NCBI RefSeq assembly: GCF_009914755.1
Contig: NC_060925.1
Strand: one strand, 5' to 3'
DNA from: the human T2T-CHM13v2.0 reference genome, Homo sapiens
Length of the DNA stretch: 64,000 nucleotides
Shown here piece by piece: positions 1 to 15,987 of the stretch. Position 1 is the first letter of the stretch. The number at the start of each line of letters is the position of its first letter. The translations under genes were made by a program, and so were the position numbers. Below the pieces are notes generated by a model, which was not told the origin of the DNA, did not search any database, and was given only the letters and a program-made list of their open reading frames with translations.

Positions 1-508
1 TAAGCTAAGGTGTTGCAGCAAGAGAAGAGGTCACACGCTGGCTGGGCTTCTTGCTTCGGTCTGTGGAGCTGTTACCATTGTTTACTAACCAGTAGAATGG
101 TGGCTAAATGATCGTACCTGATCTACCTGGCTACTGGCTTCTTTGTCCTTTATTCATTCTGTGCCTACATATTGAGCATGGTGCTAAGGATTGGGGGTAC
201 ACTGTCGAATAAGAGAGATACAGTTCCAGCTGTTGTGAAGCTTTTAGTTTATCTAAAGTAGTCACTAAACCAATAATTATATAGAAATACTAGTATCATT
301 TACAAGTGTGAAATATTCTATAAAGGGGAGAGTGAAAGTGTTCACGCTAAGAAACCCACGATTGCTCCAGGAGAACCATGAGGTCTCAGGAAGAAAGCTA
401 TGTATGTTTCCAGACTTGACTGAATAATGGCAGAATTACTTGAGCATGTTAAAGATGCAGCTTCCTGGATCCCACTCTCCTAGATAATTTGATTGAGGAA
501 TTTGTGGG

Positions 509-819
<311 letters not shown>

Positions 820-1016
820 AGAATCTGTTTTTAGCAGACTTCCCAGGCCATTCCTCTGCGGCCAGTCTGGCTGTCGAGAACTGCTTTCCTAATCAGCTTT
901 CCCAAGTCACCCAGAATAATTGTCCAGGTCTGTGTTCTACTGTGTGGTAGCCACCAGCCATGTGTTGCCATTTAAATGTAAGTTAGTCTGCAGGACTAGG
1001 TATGATAAAAATTCTT

Positions 1017-2108
<1,092 letters not shown>

Positions 2109-2831
2109 TCAGTTACAATAGCTGCATTTCACATGCATAATAGCAACCATCATTGCCGAAAGTTCTGTTGGATGGTGTTGGTCTGGAAGTATCTTTTTGT
2201 TTGTTTTTTTACCTTTTTGCTTTATCTTGGTTGATTTCTTCTGACAGTTGGGGGAATATAAGAAGAGGGAAACCAGATCCTTTTCCTTATTTAGTGTTAC
2301 TATTTGTGATCACTTAGGGTCTGTTTGAGGAAAAACTTTCCACAAGAAGGTTTGGAGAGTCTAGGCTTTGGATAATGGTCCTGCTAGGTCAGCACCAGGA
2401 AATTCTCAGTTGATGTTGAGTGGTGAACAGACCCAGCTCTTACTCTTGAAGAACATTTCTTGCTGTTCACCAGTGGCTCAAGAAAATGAGAAAAGGTTAT
2501 ACTTCTGACTGGAGAGTCAGTGACCAGTGCAAGGAGTAAAGAGCCAAAAACTGGACTGAAGTTGCAGTTGGGGGTAAATGTAGCCTGAGGTCAGTGGCAA
2601 GAATGACTGTAACATCAGAATGCAGGGCAAGCTAGAAATTTTCAGCATTTTTTTTTTAATCAAGAAGTTCTCCTAAAGGAGGGGAGACTTACGAGACAGT
2701 ATGAGCTAATGAATGAATTGTGGAGAAATAGAGGTCTAGGGCAAACCTAGAGTTAAGTGGTGCTCGTTTTCCTCTGGCCAAGGACCCCACACTGTCTTCT
2801 AAGGTCTTTTTCTTGCTTCCCCTTTCCCCAG

Positions 2832-3023
2832 GTGCGATTTGGTCAACAAAAGCGATACCAAGATTGGTTCCAGCGCCAGTACCTGTCAACTCCAGATAGT
2901 CAGTCTCTGCGCTGTGACCTCATTCGCTACATCTGTGGGGTAGTCCACCCTTCTAATGAAGTACTGAGTTCAGATATCTTGCCCCGGTGGGCCATCATTG
3001 GTTGGCTCCTGACAACGTGCACG
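2832..3023 (+). CDS. INTS3: INTS3 exon (VRFGQQ...LLTTCT)
   Basis: cccag|GTG ... ACG|gtgagg; 192 nt, phase 0-0. Confidence 0.95.
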
Positions 3024-3784
3024 GTGAGGGCAAAAGATACTGGGTGGTGAAGGGTGCCTCTTCCATGGTGTTCCCATGTTTCCATTCTTCTTCCTGACTC
3101 CAGGGCCACTTGACCCCTAAGGGCCCTTCTTTCACTCTGGTCTTCCAGAGTGTCTCAGCCTTCACTTCCCTTTGTGTCTCTAGAAATTTACTTACACTCA
3201 TTATTTTCCATCTGGGTTTGAGATTGAACAGGTTCATCTCCCCCATTACTGCCAACCCCCAAAAGCCTGGGTTTCTGGAGCGTCCCTGCCTTTTTCATTT
3301 TTGCTTCCAGAAACCATATACAGCTATTCCTCTTAACTGTTTCTTTCTCAGATTCAGAGCTTGCATTCTTTAGACCCTCACCACCATGCCTTTTTGGCAT
3401 CAGCTTTGTCTACTTCCCTTCTGTAAATGCAGCGAATCTGCAGTGGAGGCATTTCCTTTCAAATGTTTTCCTCTCTGTGCCTAGGGTGGGAAACTATCCA
3501 TTCTCTGGCATCTGGCTGCCCCCTGACCTCTTCCAACAGGGTTCCTCCTCCCCCATTTGACTGGGTCCTTGGAATGTGCTGATTCAGATATGACAACAGG
3601 CTATTCCTGGAGGGGTGGGGGTCTCTTCTTCAGGAATGTGCCTGGAGAGCCCAGAAAGGGCAGCCAAGGGGTGCTAGTCTGACTGTTGCCTCAGCTCAGG
3701 GGTGATGAGTGGACTTCTGAGTCCAAGCATTGTCCCCTATGGGAATCAGAGATATGAACTGCTGGATGTATCAAGAACCCAGGC

Positions 3785-4548
3785 CTGCCGAGCATGGTGG
3801 CTCACGCCTGTAATCCCAGCACTTTGGGAGGTTGAGGTGGGCAGATTGCTTGAGCTCAGGAGTTTGAGACCAGCCTGGGCAACATGGCAAGACCCCATCT
3901 CTACAAAAAAATACAAAAATTAGCCAAGTGTGTTGGTGTGCGGCTGTAGTCCCAGGCTGAGGTGAGAGGACCGCTTGAGCCTGGGAGGTAGAGGTTGCAG
4001 TGAGCTGAGATCCTGCCACTGCACTCCAGCCTGGGTGACAGAGTCAGACCCTGTCTCAACAACAAAAAGAAAAGAACCCAGGCCTGGCCAGGCATGGTGG
4101 CTCTCACCTATAATCCCAATACTTTGGGAGGCTGAGGTGGGAGGATCACTTGAGCCCAGGAGTTCAAGACCAGCCTGGGCAACATGGCAAAACCCATCTC
4201 TACCAAAACAAAACAAAACAAAACATAAAGCCACGCATGGTGGTGTGCTCCTGTAGTCCCAGCTACCAAGGAGGCTGAGGCTGGGAGGATCACCCGAGCC
4301 TAAGAGGTCAAGGCTGGAGTAAGCCGTGATCATGCCACTGCGCTCCAGCCTGGGTGACATGGCAAGACCCTCATCTCTACAAAAAAATAGAAAAATGAGC
4401 CAGGTGAGGTGGTGCGTGCCTGTAGTCCCAGGCTGAGGTGAGAGGCTCTCTCGAGCCTGGGCGGTGGAGGTTGCAGTGAGCTGAGATCATGCCACTGCAC
4501 TACAGCCTGGGCAACAGAGCAAGACCCTGTCTGGAAAAAAAAAAAAAA
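3785..4548 (+). mobile_element. AluJ-type cluster
   Basis: Alu consensus with GAGCCCAGGAG/GACCCTGTCTC J-type diagnostics. Confidence 0.85.
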
Positions 4549-4784
4549 GGTTCGGGGGGTACCTGGCCCAATCCCTGTCCTCTGTCCTCTTGGTTAAGAC
4601 CATAAGACCACAGAGTATTCACTCATACACAACACAAGGGGGGTTAGCATTTCACCGTGTTTCACTAGGAACTGAATTTCATAGATGAAACAGCCAAGTG
4701 GGGCCTGGAATCTGTCTTGGGACTCTGAAATGGAGGGGGGTGATTGATGAAACTAGCCCTCTGTTTCTCCCCTCTCTTTTCCAG

Positions 4785-4872
4785 TCAAATGTCGCTGCCT
4801 CCAATGCCAAGCTGGCTTTGTTTTATGACTGGCTGTTCTTTAGTCCAGACAAGGATAGCATTATGAACATAG
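4785..4872 (+). CDS. INTS3: INTS3 exon (SNVAASNAK...SIMNI)
   Basis: ttccag|TCA ... ATAG|gtatgt; 88 nt. Confidence 0.95.
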
Positions 4873-5569
4873 GTATGTGACCAAGACCAGGCGGCTCCAC
4901 TTCCCCATCCCCCTAAGCCCCCACTGCCTTCCTTAGTGATAGCAGTCATAAATCTCAGGGCACCGTGGAGTGGAGGCAGTTTATCTGGGAGCAGCTCTGT
5001 TGTTCCTCATCAGTTTTCCCTTGACCTAGAAAGAGAATTGCTTTGATAAGGCTAAGCCATCACTGTACCTCCTCCCCACAGTCTTCAGGATGCATGGTCT
5101 TCAGGAGGGGAGGGCATGGGCAAAGGAAAAGGCTGTACCATGTCCTGCTTCTCCTCACCTATTACTTCCCTTCTCAAAGCTGAATGCTGGGAACAAGAAG
5201 GGAAATGAGGGCTACAAGCTGTTTCGGGGCCTGTCTGCTCTTGGGTCTGCTCAGTGGAAATGGGGGGAATAGACATAGCACTTCCCAGAGCCATTCATGT
5301 ATATTGACATCCCATTTTATGGAGATAGAAACAGACTGACTTTAGCCTGGCGTGGTGGCGCACACCTGTAATTCCAGCTGCTGGGGAGGTTGAGGCATGA
5401 GATTCGCTTGAACCTGGGAGGCGGAGGCTTCAGTGAGCTGAGATCGTACCATTTGCACTCCAGCCTGGGTGACAGAGCAAGACTCTGTTTCAAAAAAAAA
5501 AAAAAAAAAAAAAAAAAGAGAGAGAGAGACTGACTGATGTGAGGGGCTCTTTAATTTCACATCCTCCAG

Positions 5570-5649
5570 AACCAGCCATCCTGGTCATGCACCACTCCAT
5601 GAAGCCCCACCCAGCCATCACTGCCACACTCCTGGACTTCATGTGCCGC
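5570..5649 (+). CDS. INTS3: INTS3 exon (EPAILVMH...DFMCR)
   Basis: ctccag|AA ... CGC|gtaagt; 80 nt. Confidence 0.95.
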
Positions 5650-6085
5650 GTAAGTGTTAGAGCTCTCTTTTCTCCCCATGCCTGGATGAGCAGAATTCAG
5701 TGTATCTCCCCTAATCTCCCAGTGAACGGGTCTTCTCGGTATGCCTTGACTGAGAGCAGAAATGGTCATGGGTCCTATCCCCCAAGTTAATAAATGCTTC
5801 CCTTCCATATTCCACTGTCTGCACTTGGATCTTCCCATTTTCTGTGGGGTTTCTCAATCACAAGGATGGTGACTCAAGGTAGAATCTGGTTTCCTTGGGG
5901 AGCAGCCAGGTCCAGTAAGAATTTCTCATTTGAGTGGCCTGGAGTGGTCAGGAAGTCCAGTTCTCTCTGCAGCCATACTCCCCAGTGTCCCCTGATCAAA
6001 ACCAAAGCAGCTTTTCAGATCTAATTCAGCGGAAGCCTCTGGATGGAGTCCTGTGCTCATTTTTCCCCTCCTTCTTCGCTTCCAG

Positions 6086-6177
6086 ATCATTCCCAACTTC
6101 TATCCACCATTGGAGGGCCACGTGCGGCAGGGTGTCTTTTCCTCCCTCAACCACATTGTGGAGAAACGGGTCTTGGC
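6086..6177 (+). CDS. INTS3: INTS3 exon (IIPNFYPP...KRVL)
   Basis: ttccag|ATC ... GC|gtaagg; 92 nt. Confidence 0.95.
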
Positions 6178-6487
6178 GTAAGGAATTTGGTGGGGGAAGG
6201 AGGTTGTTTTCCCATTTTTCATTAGGTCCAGGTGTATCCAAATGTTGCCATAGCACTGCTGGCCCTTTTCTCTGACAGGTGTAAAAAGTATTGGCTCTAC
6301 CTCAGACTGCTGGGCATATGTCTTCTTGGCTCTTAGAGGAATTTCTCTCCTGCCATCGTATTACAAAGGTCTTCAAATGCCTTCATGTTCCCTGTTGACC
6401 CCCTTCAGGGATCTGAGTATGGTCCAGTTAGACTGATTGTGCTTAGACCTATCTCAACTCCATGTTGAGTTAGAAATGAGAAGCTCT

Positions 6488-6786
<299 letters not shown>

Positions 6787-6828
6787 AGAGAAGCTCTGAT
6801 ATTGACCTTCATCATGTTCCCCATTTAG

Positions 6829-6935
6829 ACACCTAGCTCCCCTGTTTGACAACCCTAAGTTGGATAAGGAGCTGCGGGCAATGCTGAGAGAGAAGTTTCC
6901 TGAGTTCTGCAGCTCACCCTCCCCACCTGTGGAAG
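6829..6935 (+). CDS. INTS3: INTS3 exon (HLAPLFDNPK...SPPVE)
   Basis: atttag|AC ... GAAG|gtatga; 107 nt. Confidence 0.95.
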
Positions 6936-7412
6936 GTATGAGGCCCGCCCATTCCATCACCTGTGTCAAAAGAGGGGCAAGACAACCAGGCCTTCAGGCC
7001 AGAGCCCCTTTCAGGATGTCCCACACAGTTCTCCACTTCCGTGACACTGTCCATCACAGTTTTTCCTTCCTCAGTTTATCTTTTTTATTCATTTTTGTGT
7101 TGTCTGTCTTGATTCTCTTGCTTTATCTAATCTTATTTGACTTGCTCATCTTTCTTGTTCTCTTAACTCTTTTCTCCTAGTAACTCCTGCTCAGTAGTTA
7201 GAAGGCTTTCATGTAATATTTACAATATTTATCTCACTTTAACTTGCCCATCTCTCTTCCCAGCTCTAGGCCCTGGCCTCTGATGACAGTTTGTCATGTT
7301 GGGCCTCAAACCTTACTCTCAATACAACTGCCATCTCCTTACCACACATACACACTTTGTTTTGGGATAAGGGTCTAAGTCAAGTAGTATTTTCCAACTT
7401 GGTTTTAAATTA

Positions 7413-7696
<284 letters not shown>

Positions 7697-7986
7697 AGCA
7701 CTTCGGACTGTCCCTGATCTTACTCTAGTTACCAATCCTAATGAGCTGAGCATAGAGGAGTCATGTCCAGTGTTGCTCTTATTCCTGGCAACATCCCTCT
7801 GCAGGTCATGGAGGGTTGTGAGGACAAGAGGTTTGTCAAGAGGTTTGTCCTCCCAGGGTCAGTATTCCATTTAGATGATAAACTCCTTATTCTCTCACTT
7901 GCCCTCCATTCTCCCTTCCTAGAAGCATGGGGCATGTTAGAGGACCCAGGAGGCCATTAAATGCCTTATCTTTTTTTACTCCCAAG

Positions 7987-8106
7987 TCAAAATTGAGGAG
8001 CCAGTTTCCATGGAGATGGACAACCATATGTCGGATAAGGATGAGAGTTGCTATGACAATGCAGAGGCAGCCTTCAGTGACGATGAAGAGGATCTCAACA
8101 GCAAAG
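7987..8106 (+). CDS. INTS3: INTS3 exon (VKIEEP...SDDEEDLNSK), acidic linker
   Basis: cccaag|TC ... AAAG|gtgagg; 120 nt. Confidence 0.93.
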
Positions 8107-8491
8107 GTGAGGCCATCAGCAAGGGCTAGTTCAGGGTTGTGTCAGCCCTGAGAGGACCAGTTCCCAGAAGCAGCCTCTCTGCACTCTTCCTGTCACCCTT
8201 ATTCCTGTGAGTTAAAGTTTTGTTCACAGGGTATCTGGATGAGACTCCAGAATGCAGAGCCCTGTACTTAACACTCAAGGCAGGAAGGAAAAAAGAAGTG
8301 GTTCCTGCCCTTGTTTGCTTGTAAGAGCTAGTACATGTGCACAGTCAGGGAGATGCTTCAGGCACTCACACAGCATTGAGGAAACAGGTGCACACTTAGG
8401 GCATGTGAGGAAGGGGATAAGTCATTGAGGGGACTGTCTCTGTTGCTGGCATCTGGGCAAACTGACTTCTTTCCCAAATCACTCCCTTTAG

Positions 8492-8621
8492 GAAAGAAGA
8501 GGGAGTTTCGCTTCCACCCTATCAAGGAGACAGTTGTGGAGGAGCCAGTTGATATCACCCCTTACCTTGACCAGTTGGATGAGTCCCTGAGGGACAAAGT
8601 ACTCCAGCTACAGAAGGGGAG
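8492..8621 (+). CDS. INTS3: INTS3 exon (GKKREFRFHPI...QLQKG)
   Basis: ctttag|GA ... GAG|gtgggt; 130 nt. Confidence 0.94.
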
Positions 8622-9090
8622 GTGGGTACAGACCTTGTTCTCAACTTCAGGAGGTTCAGCCCCAGGCTCTCTACCTGGTGCTTAATGGGTATAGCAGGAG
8701 ATGGGGGTTGGAGGCAAACATGATAGGAGTGTGTGGAGAGGTAGCTGAAGCTTCATGAGGGAGTTCTTCTGCACTTTACGTTAGGGAGTATGAGCTGGGA
8801 GTGGGGCAGCCTCATTCCGTAACACCTTGAGTTCCCACTCTGCAGATTCTTGGGAGAAGAACCTCTGAGAACCAAGGCAGGATTGGTGGGGATTTTCCTT
8901 TTCTTTGGGCCTCTGCCCAGAGAGCAGCCAATTCTGCCCTAAAGCCTCCCCATCCAAGCTGGGATTTTACACAGAGCTCCTTTGTTTTGTCTCTGTGCAT
9001 GTGAGTGTGCTTGTGCACTGTTCTGGGTGTGTGTCCTGCCCTCTGCTATCATTTATGTCCCTGGGATTTCCTCTCATTTCTGTCCTGCAG

Positions 9091-9145
9091 TGATACGGAG
9101 GCCCAGTGTGAGGTCATGCAGGAAATTGTGGACCAGGTCCTGGAG
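9091..9145 (+). CDS. INTS3: INTS3 exon (DTEAQCEVMQEIVDQVLE)
   Basis: ctgcag|T ... GAG|gtgagg; 55 nt. Confidence 0.94.
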
Positions 9146-9376
9146 GTGAGGAGGAACCCAATCCCTTAGGGAGGAAGCAGCCTAGCCTGCTTAGCTTACA
9201 CGTCTCCCAGGGAAGACAACTCACTTTTTCCCTCCCCTAGATGAGTCCCTCTTATAGTGGGGAGGGGAGCTTGCTGATCCTGGAGGTGGAAGCAGATGAG
9301 TTCCAAGACTGGGATCGTGGGGGCAGGAGGGCTTGGGTGTAGGTAGTGACTCTCCCTCCCTTGTCTCATCACCCAG

Positions 9377-9480
9377 GAAGACTTTGACTCGGAGCAGCTG
9401 TCTGTCCTTGCTTCCTGCCTACAGGAGCTCTTCAAGGCCCACTTTCGAGGGGAGGTCCTGCCTGAGGAGATTACTGAGGA
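9377..9480 (+). CDS. INTS3: INTS3 exon (EDFDSEQ...EEITE)
   Basis: acccag|GAA ... GA|gtaagg; 104 nt. Confidence 0.94.
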
Positions 9481-9948
9481 GTAAGGCTGATTTTCCCTCA
9501 CTCCAGAGCCTCAGGAGCCAGAGGGTGCTCTTACAGCCTGAGTCCAAGAGACCCCTTACTGTAGACTTGAGAAAAATCTGTTCACTTGGTGTTTTTATTC
9601 TCACATGTACCAACTCATTTAAACAAGAGCTTATTTCTACCTGCTGAACACCGTGCGTACTGGGGAGGTTGACACCTCCTCATGCTTCCAGCCCTTGCTG
9701 CTGGGCCCAGTAACTCTAATCTGCTGAATTAGGTGTGATTGGACCTTGGCCTGGAGCCTGTCTCCAAAGGGCAAGAGCGTGGTCCCATGTTAGGAACCTG
9801 TTTTCTCTGTTACCAAGCCTGCGGAGCAGCAGGAAGTTTGCCTTTTGGGTAGGGAAGGAGCAGGCTGGTGTCTAGCCTCCAGCTGGTCCTCCGTATGTGC
9901 CAGCAGCCCCCCTCACATGGATTCTCAAATATAACCCTCTTCTTGTAG

Positions 9949-9993
9949 GTCCCTGGAGGAGTCTGTAGGAAAGCCTCTGTACCTAATATTTAG
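9949..9993 (+). CDS. INTS3: INTS3 exon (SLEESVGKPLYLIF)
   Basis: ttgtag|G ... AG|gtaagc; 45 nt. Confidence 0.93.
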   Translation, partial: VPGGVCRKASVPNI

Positions 9994-10202
9994 GTAAGCA
10001 CGCAGCTATAGGAGATACTGTTCTACCCTCCATCCTCCCTGACAGCACACACATGTGCTCCTGTCCTGGGGTAATGGGACTCGCTTTCCAGGGAGGAGGA
10101 CATATGCTGTGGGCACAGACAGCCCATGCCACCTGAGAAACTCCATGGGAGAGTCTGCCCTGGGTAAAGTTCTGTTCCTCTCCTCCCATGCCCCACCTCC
10201 AG

Positions 10203-10322
10203 GAACCTATGTCAGATGCAGGAAGACAACAGCAGCTTCTCTCTACTTCTAGACCTTCTCTCCGAGCTATATCAGAAGCAGCCCAAGATTGGCTACCACC
10301 TGCTCTACTACCTGAGGGCCAG
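10203..10322 (+). CDS. INTS3: INTS3 exon (NLCQMQED...YYLRA)
   Basis: ctccag|G ... AG|gtgggt; 120 nt. Confidence 0.94.
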
Positions 10323-10454
10323 GTGGGTATGGTCCCCATGTTTCAAATGGTGTCAGGACACATCCTGGAGAGCCTCTCTTCCACACGCTGACTCCCCAAC
10401 CCTGGACTGTCATCACCAGGGCCTTCTTTGTGGGTCTGTTTGGTTGAGTTGGTT

Positions 10455-12585
<2,131 letters not shown>

Positions 12586-12932
12586 GTCACTGCCCTCATG
12601 GTTAGAGCCCAGAAAGCAAGAGAGAAAGCCTTCTCCAGCCTGACCTGAGCCCTCCCTCTTCTGTTCCTGACTCTCATCCGGCAGTAGCTTCACTCACTGA
12701 TCGTGGTTGGAGCCCTTTTGAGCTCTGGGGAAGGATGGACAGAAAGAAGAGTATCCCCTGGTTCCCCTGAGTTATCAAGCCCCTGTGGGAGGCAGTTGGG
12801 AGGGACATGAGGCAGATTAGCACAGGGCATCTGGAGCCAGCAAAGCAGTTTTAGAGCGGGAGCCTGCTTCGGGGATGCTTGAAGGTGGGCACTGGGGTCA
12901 GGCTGCTGGCTCAGGCCCAGCTGGTCTTGCAG

Positions 12933-13086
12933 CAAAGCCGCCGCAGGGAAGATGAACCTGTACGAGTCATTTGCCCAGGCTACCCAGCTGGGCGATCTGC
13001 ACACCTGCCTGATGATGGACATGAAGGCCTGCCAGGAGGACGATGTGCGGCTCCTGTGCCACCTCACGCCCTCCATCTACACAGAG
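12933..13086 (+). CDS. INTS3: INTS3 exon (KAAAGKMNLYE...SIYTE)
   Basis: ttgcag|C ... GAG|gtcagt; 154 nt. Confidence 0.94.
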
Positions 13087-14151
13087 GTCAGTGCCTGCAT
13101 CCGTATCTGTGCCGGGGGGCTCACAGGAACACACCTCAGTGAACACTCTGAGTACACACAACCCTGAACCCTCTTTTGTTCATCCCCACTAACCTAGGTG
13201 GGCCATTGCTTCCCACACTCACAGCTGTCCCCTCCTTCCACTTCTCTTTATTAGTGGTTGAAACATTTCTAAAACTCCCTGAATTCCTATACTTTGGTGT
13301 AACTGATGTGCGTTGGGGTCTGAGCCTATATACTTGGCTTCTCAGATTGGGCCCCATCATCTGGACCCAGGACAGATCCCACAAACCAGATCCATGTTCA
13401 TATGTCCCAGGCCCTCTTGTCCTCTGATGGCTCACCCTTGCTTGGATTCTCTCTGATAGTTCCTGATGACCAGGGCTTCTGTAGTGGAGACTCACTTTCA
13501 TTTCCCCTGGTTCACTCACACTCTAGGAACTGGGACATAACAGGTATCGGCCCTTTCTCCTCTTGGTAGAAGTTCCCAGGAAGAGGGAAATAAGGACCCA
13601 GGGCATGACAGGAGGAACTGTGATCTCAGCCGAGTACTGGAGGGAGGAGGGGTGCAGATCCTGGACACAGGGTACTTTCCTCCCCCTTCTCTAGATGAGG
13701 CCCTGCCTACCCCACACACCTCCAGACATAAACTCTCTACACCACCTCTTTGGCCAAAGGTCAGCACAGGTTGGACTTCTTTGCTGCCAGGGATGCAAAT
13801 ATTTATTCTACCACTGCTCCCACACAGAATCAGCCACCATGGCCAGTCCTCTCAGCTCTGGCTTTATCTCTAGTAGTTCCCCATTCCTTTCTGTACACAC
13901 ATGCTTTGGGAAGTATCAGAGAAAACCCACACCCCTGATGGTGTGCACACATAAATAACAAAACTTGGGGGCTTCAAGTTCTTGAAGTCTTCCAGCATCA
14001 TAGCTGTTGGATCTCTGTTTAGGGGTTTATTTTAGGGCCTGTGTCTGGCTGACCCAGTCAAACCTTGAGATGTAATAAGGAAGGAGAGTGGGCTATGGGA
14101 TAAAAGCTGAGGAGCCCATCCAGGACTCTTCCCCTCTCTTTTTCCATTTAG

Positions 14152-14220
14152 TTTCCAGATGAAACCTTGAGGAGCGGAGAGCTGCTGAACATGATCGTGG
14201 CTGTTATTGACTCTGCACAG
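14152..14220 (+). CDS. INTS3: INTS3 exon (FPDETLRSGELLNMIVAVIDSAQ)
   Basis: atttag|TTT ... CAG|gtgaac; 69 nt. Confidence 0.94.
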
Positions 14221-15027
14221 GTGAACATTGAGCTCTGACCTCCCCAGAAGATCTGGGAGGCAGCATTAGGGACATAGGGCCTCTGCTCTCCCTCCAGGCC
14301 TGCAGACAGGGAGCCCATGCCTCCCAGGCACCCTCCCTCCTGGCTACAGTGGTGTGCGCTTTCAGCCATGGGGCCTGGGAAGGAAAAGTGGAACACAAGC
14401 AAGGCAGGCTGAGGTTAGGCCAATCCTGCCTGGAGTTCCCCTTATTCTCCATATTCTTTGGGCACTCCTGTTCCACAGCAAAAGCTGAGGGGGTTGTGAT
14501 TTTAGCTCTCAACTGGCCTTTCCTTTGGCTCGGAATGAAAATGGTCAGACCATTTCTACTTGACCTTTTTACCATGCATAAGGTCCCCAAGAGGCTGTAG
14601 CTTTGCTCGGGTCCTTCTGAGGCCTGCACTGGGATCCCATTTCTCCTCCTCTCCACTTAGTTCTCATTCATAAAAGAGGAAGCTTAGCACCCAAGAATCC
14701 TCCTTCCTTTGTCTTTACCCTGCCCAACCTACATCCAGAGCCCAGCCTCTCAGGGTCCTTTCCTCCTCAGGCTTAGACCAAGGCTGTAACTATTTTTGCC
14801 CAAAATAGTCCTAAGGTTCCCACTCAGGCCTTACTTTATCAGCCCCTTCATCCTTCAGAGATGGCAGCATTCGTTGTGTGCCATCTCCTTCCCATTCCTT
14901 TAAACTGGGCCTTCACTTCCTCTAATTTTTTTTTTTCCCTTACGAGCCCTCCTGCGTCCCCCTCCATACTAGCTTCCTGGCCCCTTTCAGAGCTGATGGG
15001 TTCTGCCTCCTTCCTCCACCTCCTTAG

Positions 15028-15103
15028 CTCCAGGAGCTGGTCTGCCACGTGATGATGGGTAACCTGGTTATGTTTCGAAAAGACTCAGTTCTCAACATAC
15101 TCA
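15028..15103 (+). CDS. INTS3: INTS3 exon (LQELVCHV...VLNIL)
   Basis: ccttag|CTC ... A|gtaagt; 76 nt. Confidence 0.94.
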
Positions 15104-15294
15104 GTAAGTGATCAAATCTTTAGGTGCCTGGGAGAGGAGAGGAGGGCAGGGTGTCAGTCCTGTGTATTTTACACTATCAGGAAAGCTGGTTCTGGGGCTG
15201 GGAAGTTAAGGGGAGAGAATTGTACTCCACCCTGGTGCGGTCTGGGGCAGTATCTTTCTGGATCTGTCCTACCTCTGTAACATCCCTGCTTGGG

Positions 15295-15316
15295 GTGCTG
15301 GTAGTCAGTGGATTGG

Positions 15317-15360
<44 letters not shown>

Positions 15361-15406
15361 GTAGTCAGTGGATGGGGGGGTGGGGGGGGTGTGTGTGTGT
15401 GTGTGT
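15295..15406. repeat. Compound (GT)n microsatellite within a duplicated GTGCTGGTAGTCAGTGGAT unit
   Basis: Unit at 15295 and 15355, each followed by a G-run and (GT)n. Confidence 0.9.
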
Positions 15407-15451
15407 TCGTTTGTTCATTCTTGAGAGAGATGTTTCTTTTGTCTCTTCCAG

Positions 15452-15565
15452 TTCAGAGCCTAGACTGGGAGACCTTTGAGCAGTATTGTGCCTGGCAGCT
15501 CTTTCTGGCCCACAATATTCCCCTGGAGACCATAATCCCCATCCTGCAGCACCTCAAATACAAGG
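15452..15565 (+). CDS. INTS3: INTS3 exon (IQSLDWETFEQY...HLKYK)
   Basis: ttccag|TT ... AAGG|gtgagt; 114 nt. Confidence 0.95.
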
Positions 15566-15938
15566 GTGAGTAGGCTTTTGGGTAGGGAGCACATCAGATA
15601 TGACACTTCCTATACAGTTAGGGCAAGGCTGAGGCCTCTAGGCTTCTAGGATGAGCCCAGATCCATTGTCCTCCTTCCCACCAAAGTGCACAAGGGCAGG
15701 CTCTCTGTCAGCCACTTTTGTTCTTTAGGTGAGTCCTGTGGGCCCACCATGAGCCAGGCTCTGGGCTGGGGCTCAGGTGGCTCAGGGACTGATAGGAGTG
15801 GGGTAGGGGATTCTTCCTGGCTCCTCATCAAAGACTGTCCTTATTCCCTCCAGTGGCTGTTGGGGGATGAGAGAGGTCCCCAGATTCCATCCTGGAATCA
15901 TACCTTCCCCCTGAACAGCCTCTGCCCTTCCCTCACAG

Positions 15939-15987
15939 AGCACCCAGAGGCCCTGTCCTGCCTACTGCTTCAACTCCGAAGAGAAAA
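15939..15987 (+). CDS. INTS3: INTS3 exon (EHPEALSCLLLQLRRE)
   Basis: tcacag|AG ... AA|gtgagt; 49 nt. Confidence 0.94.
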
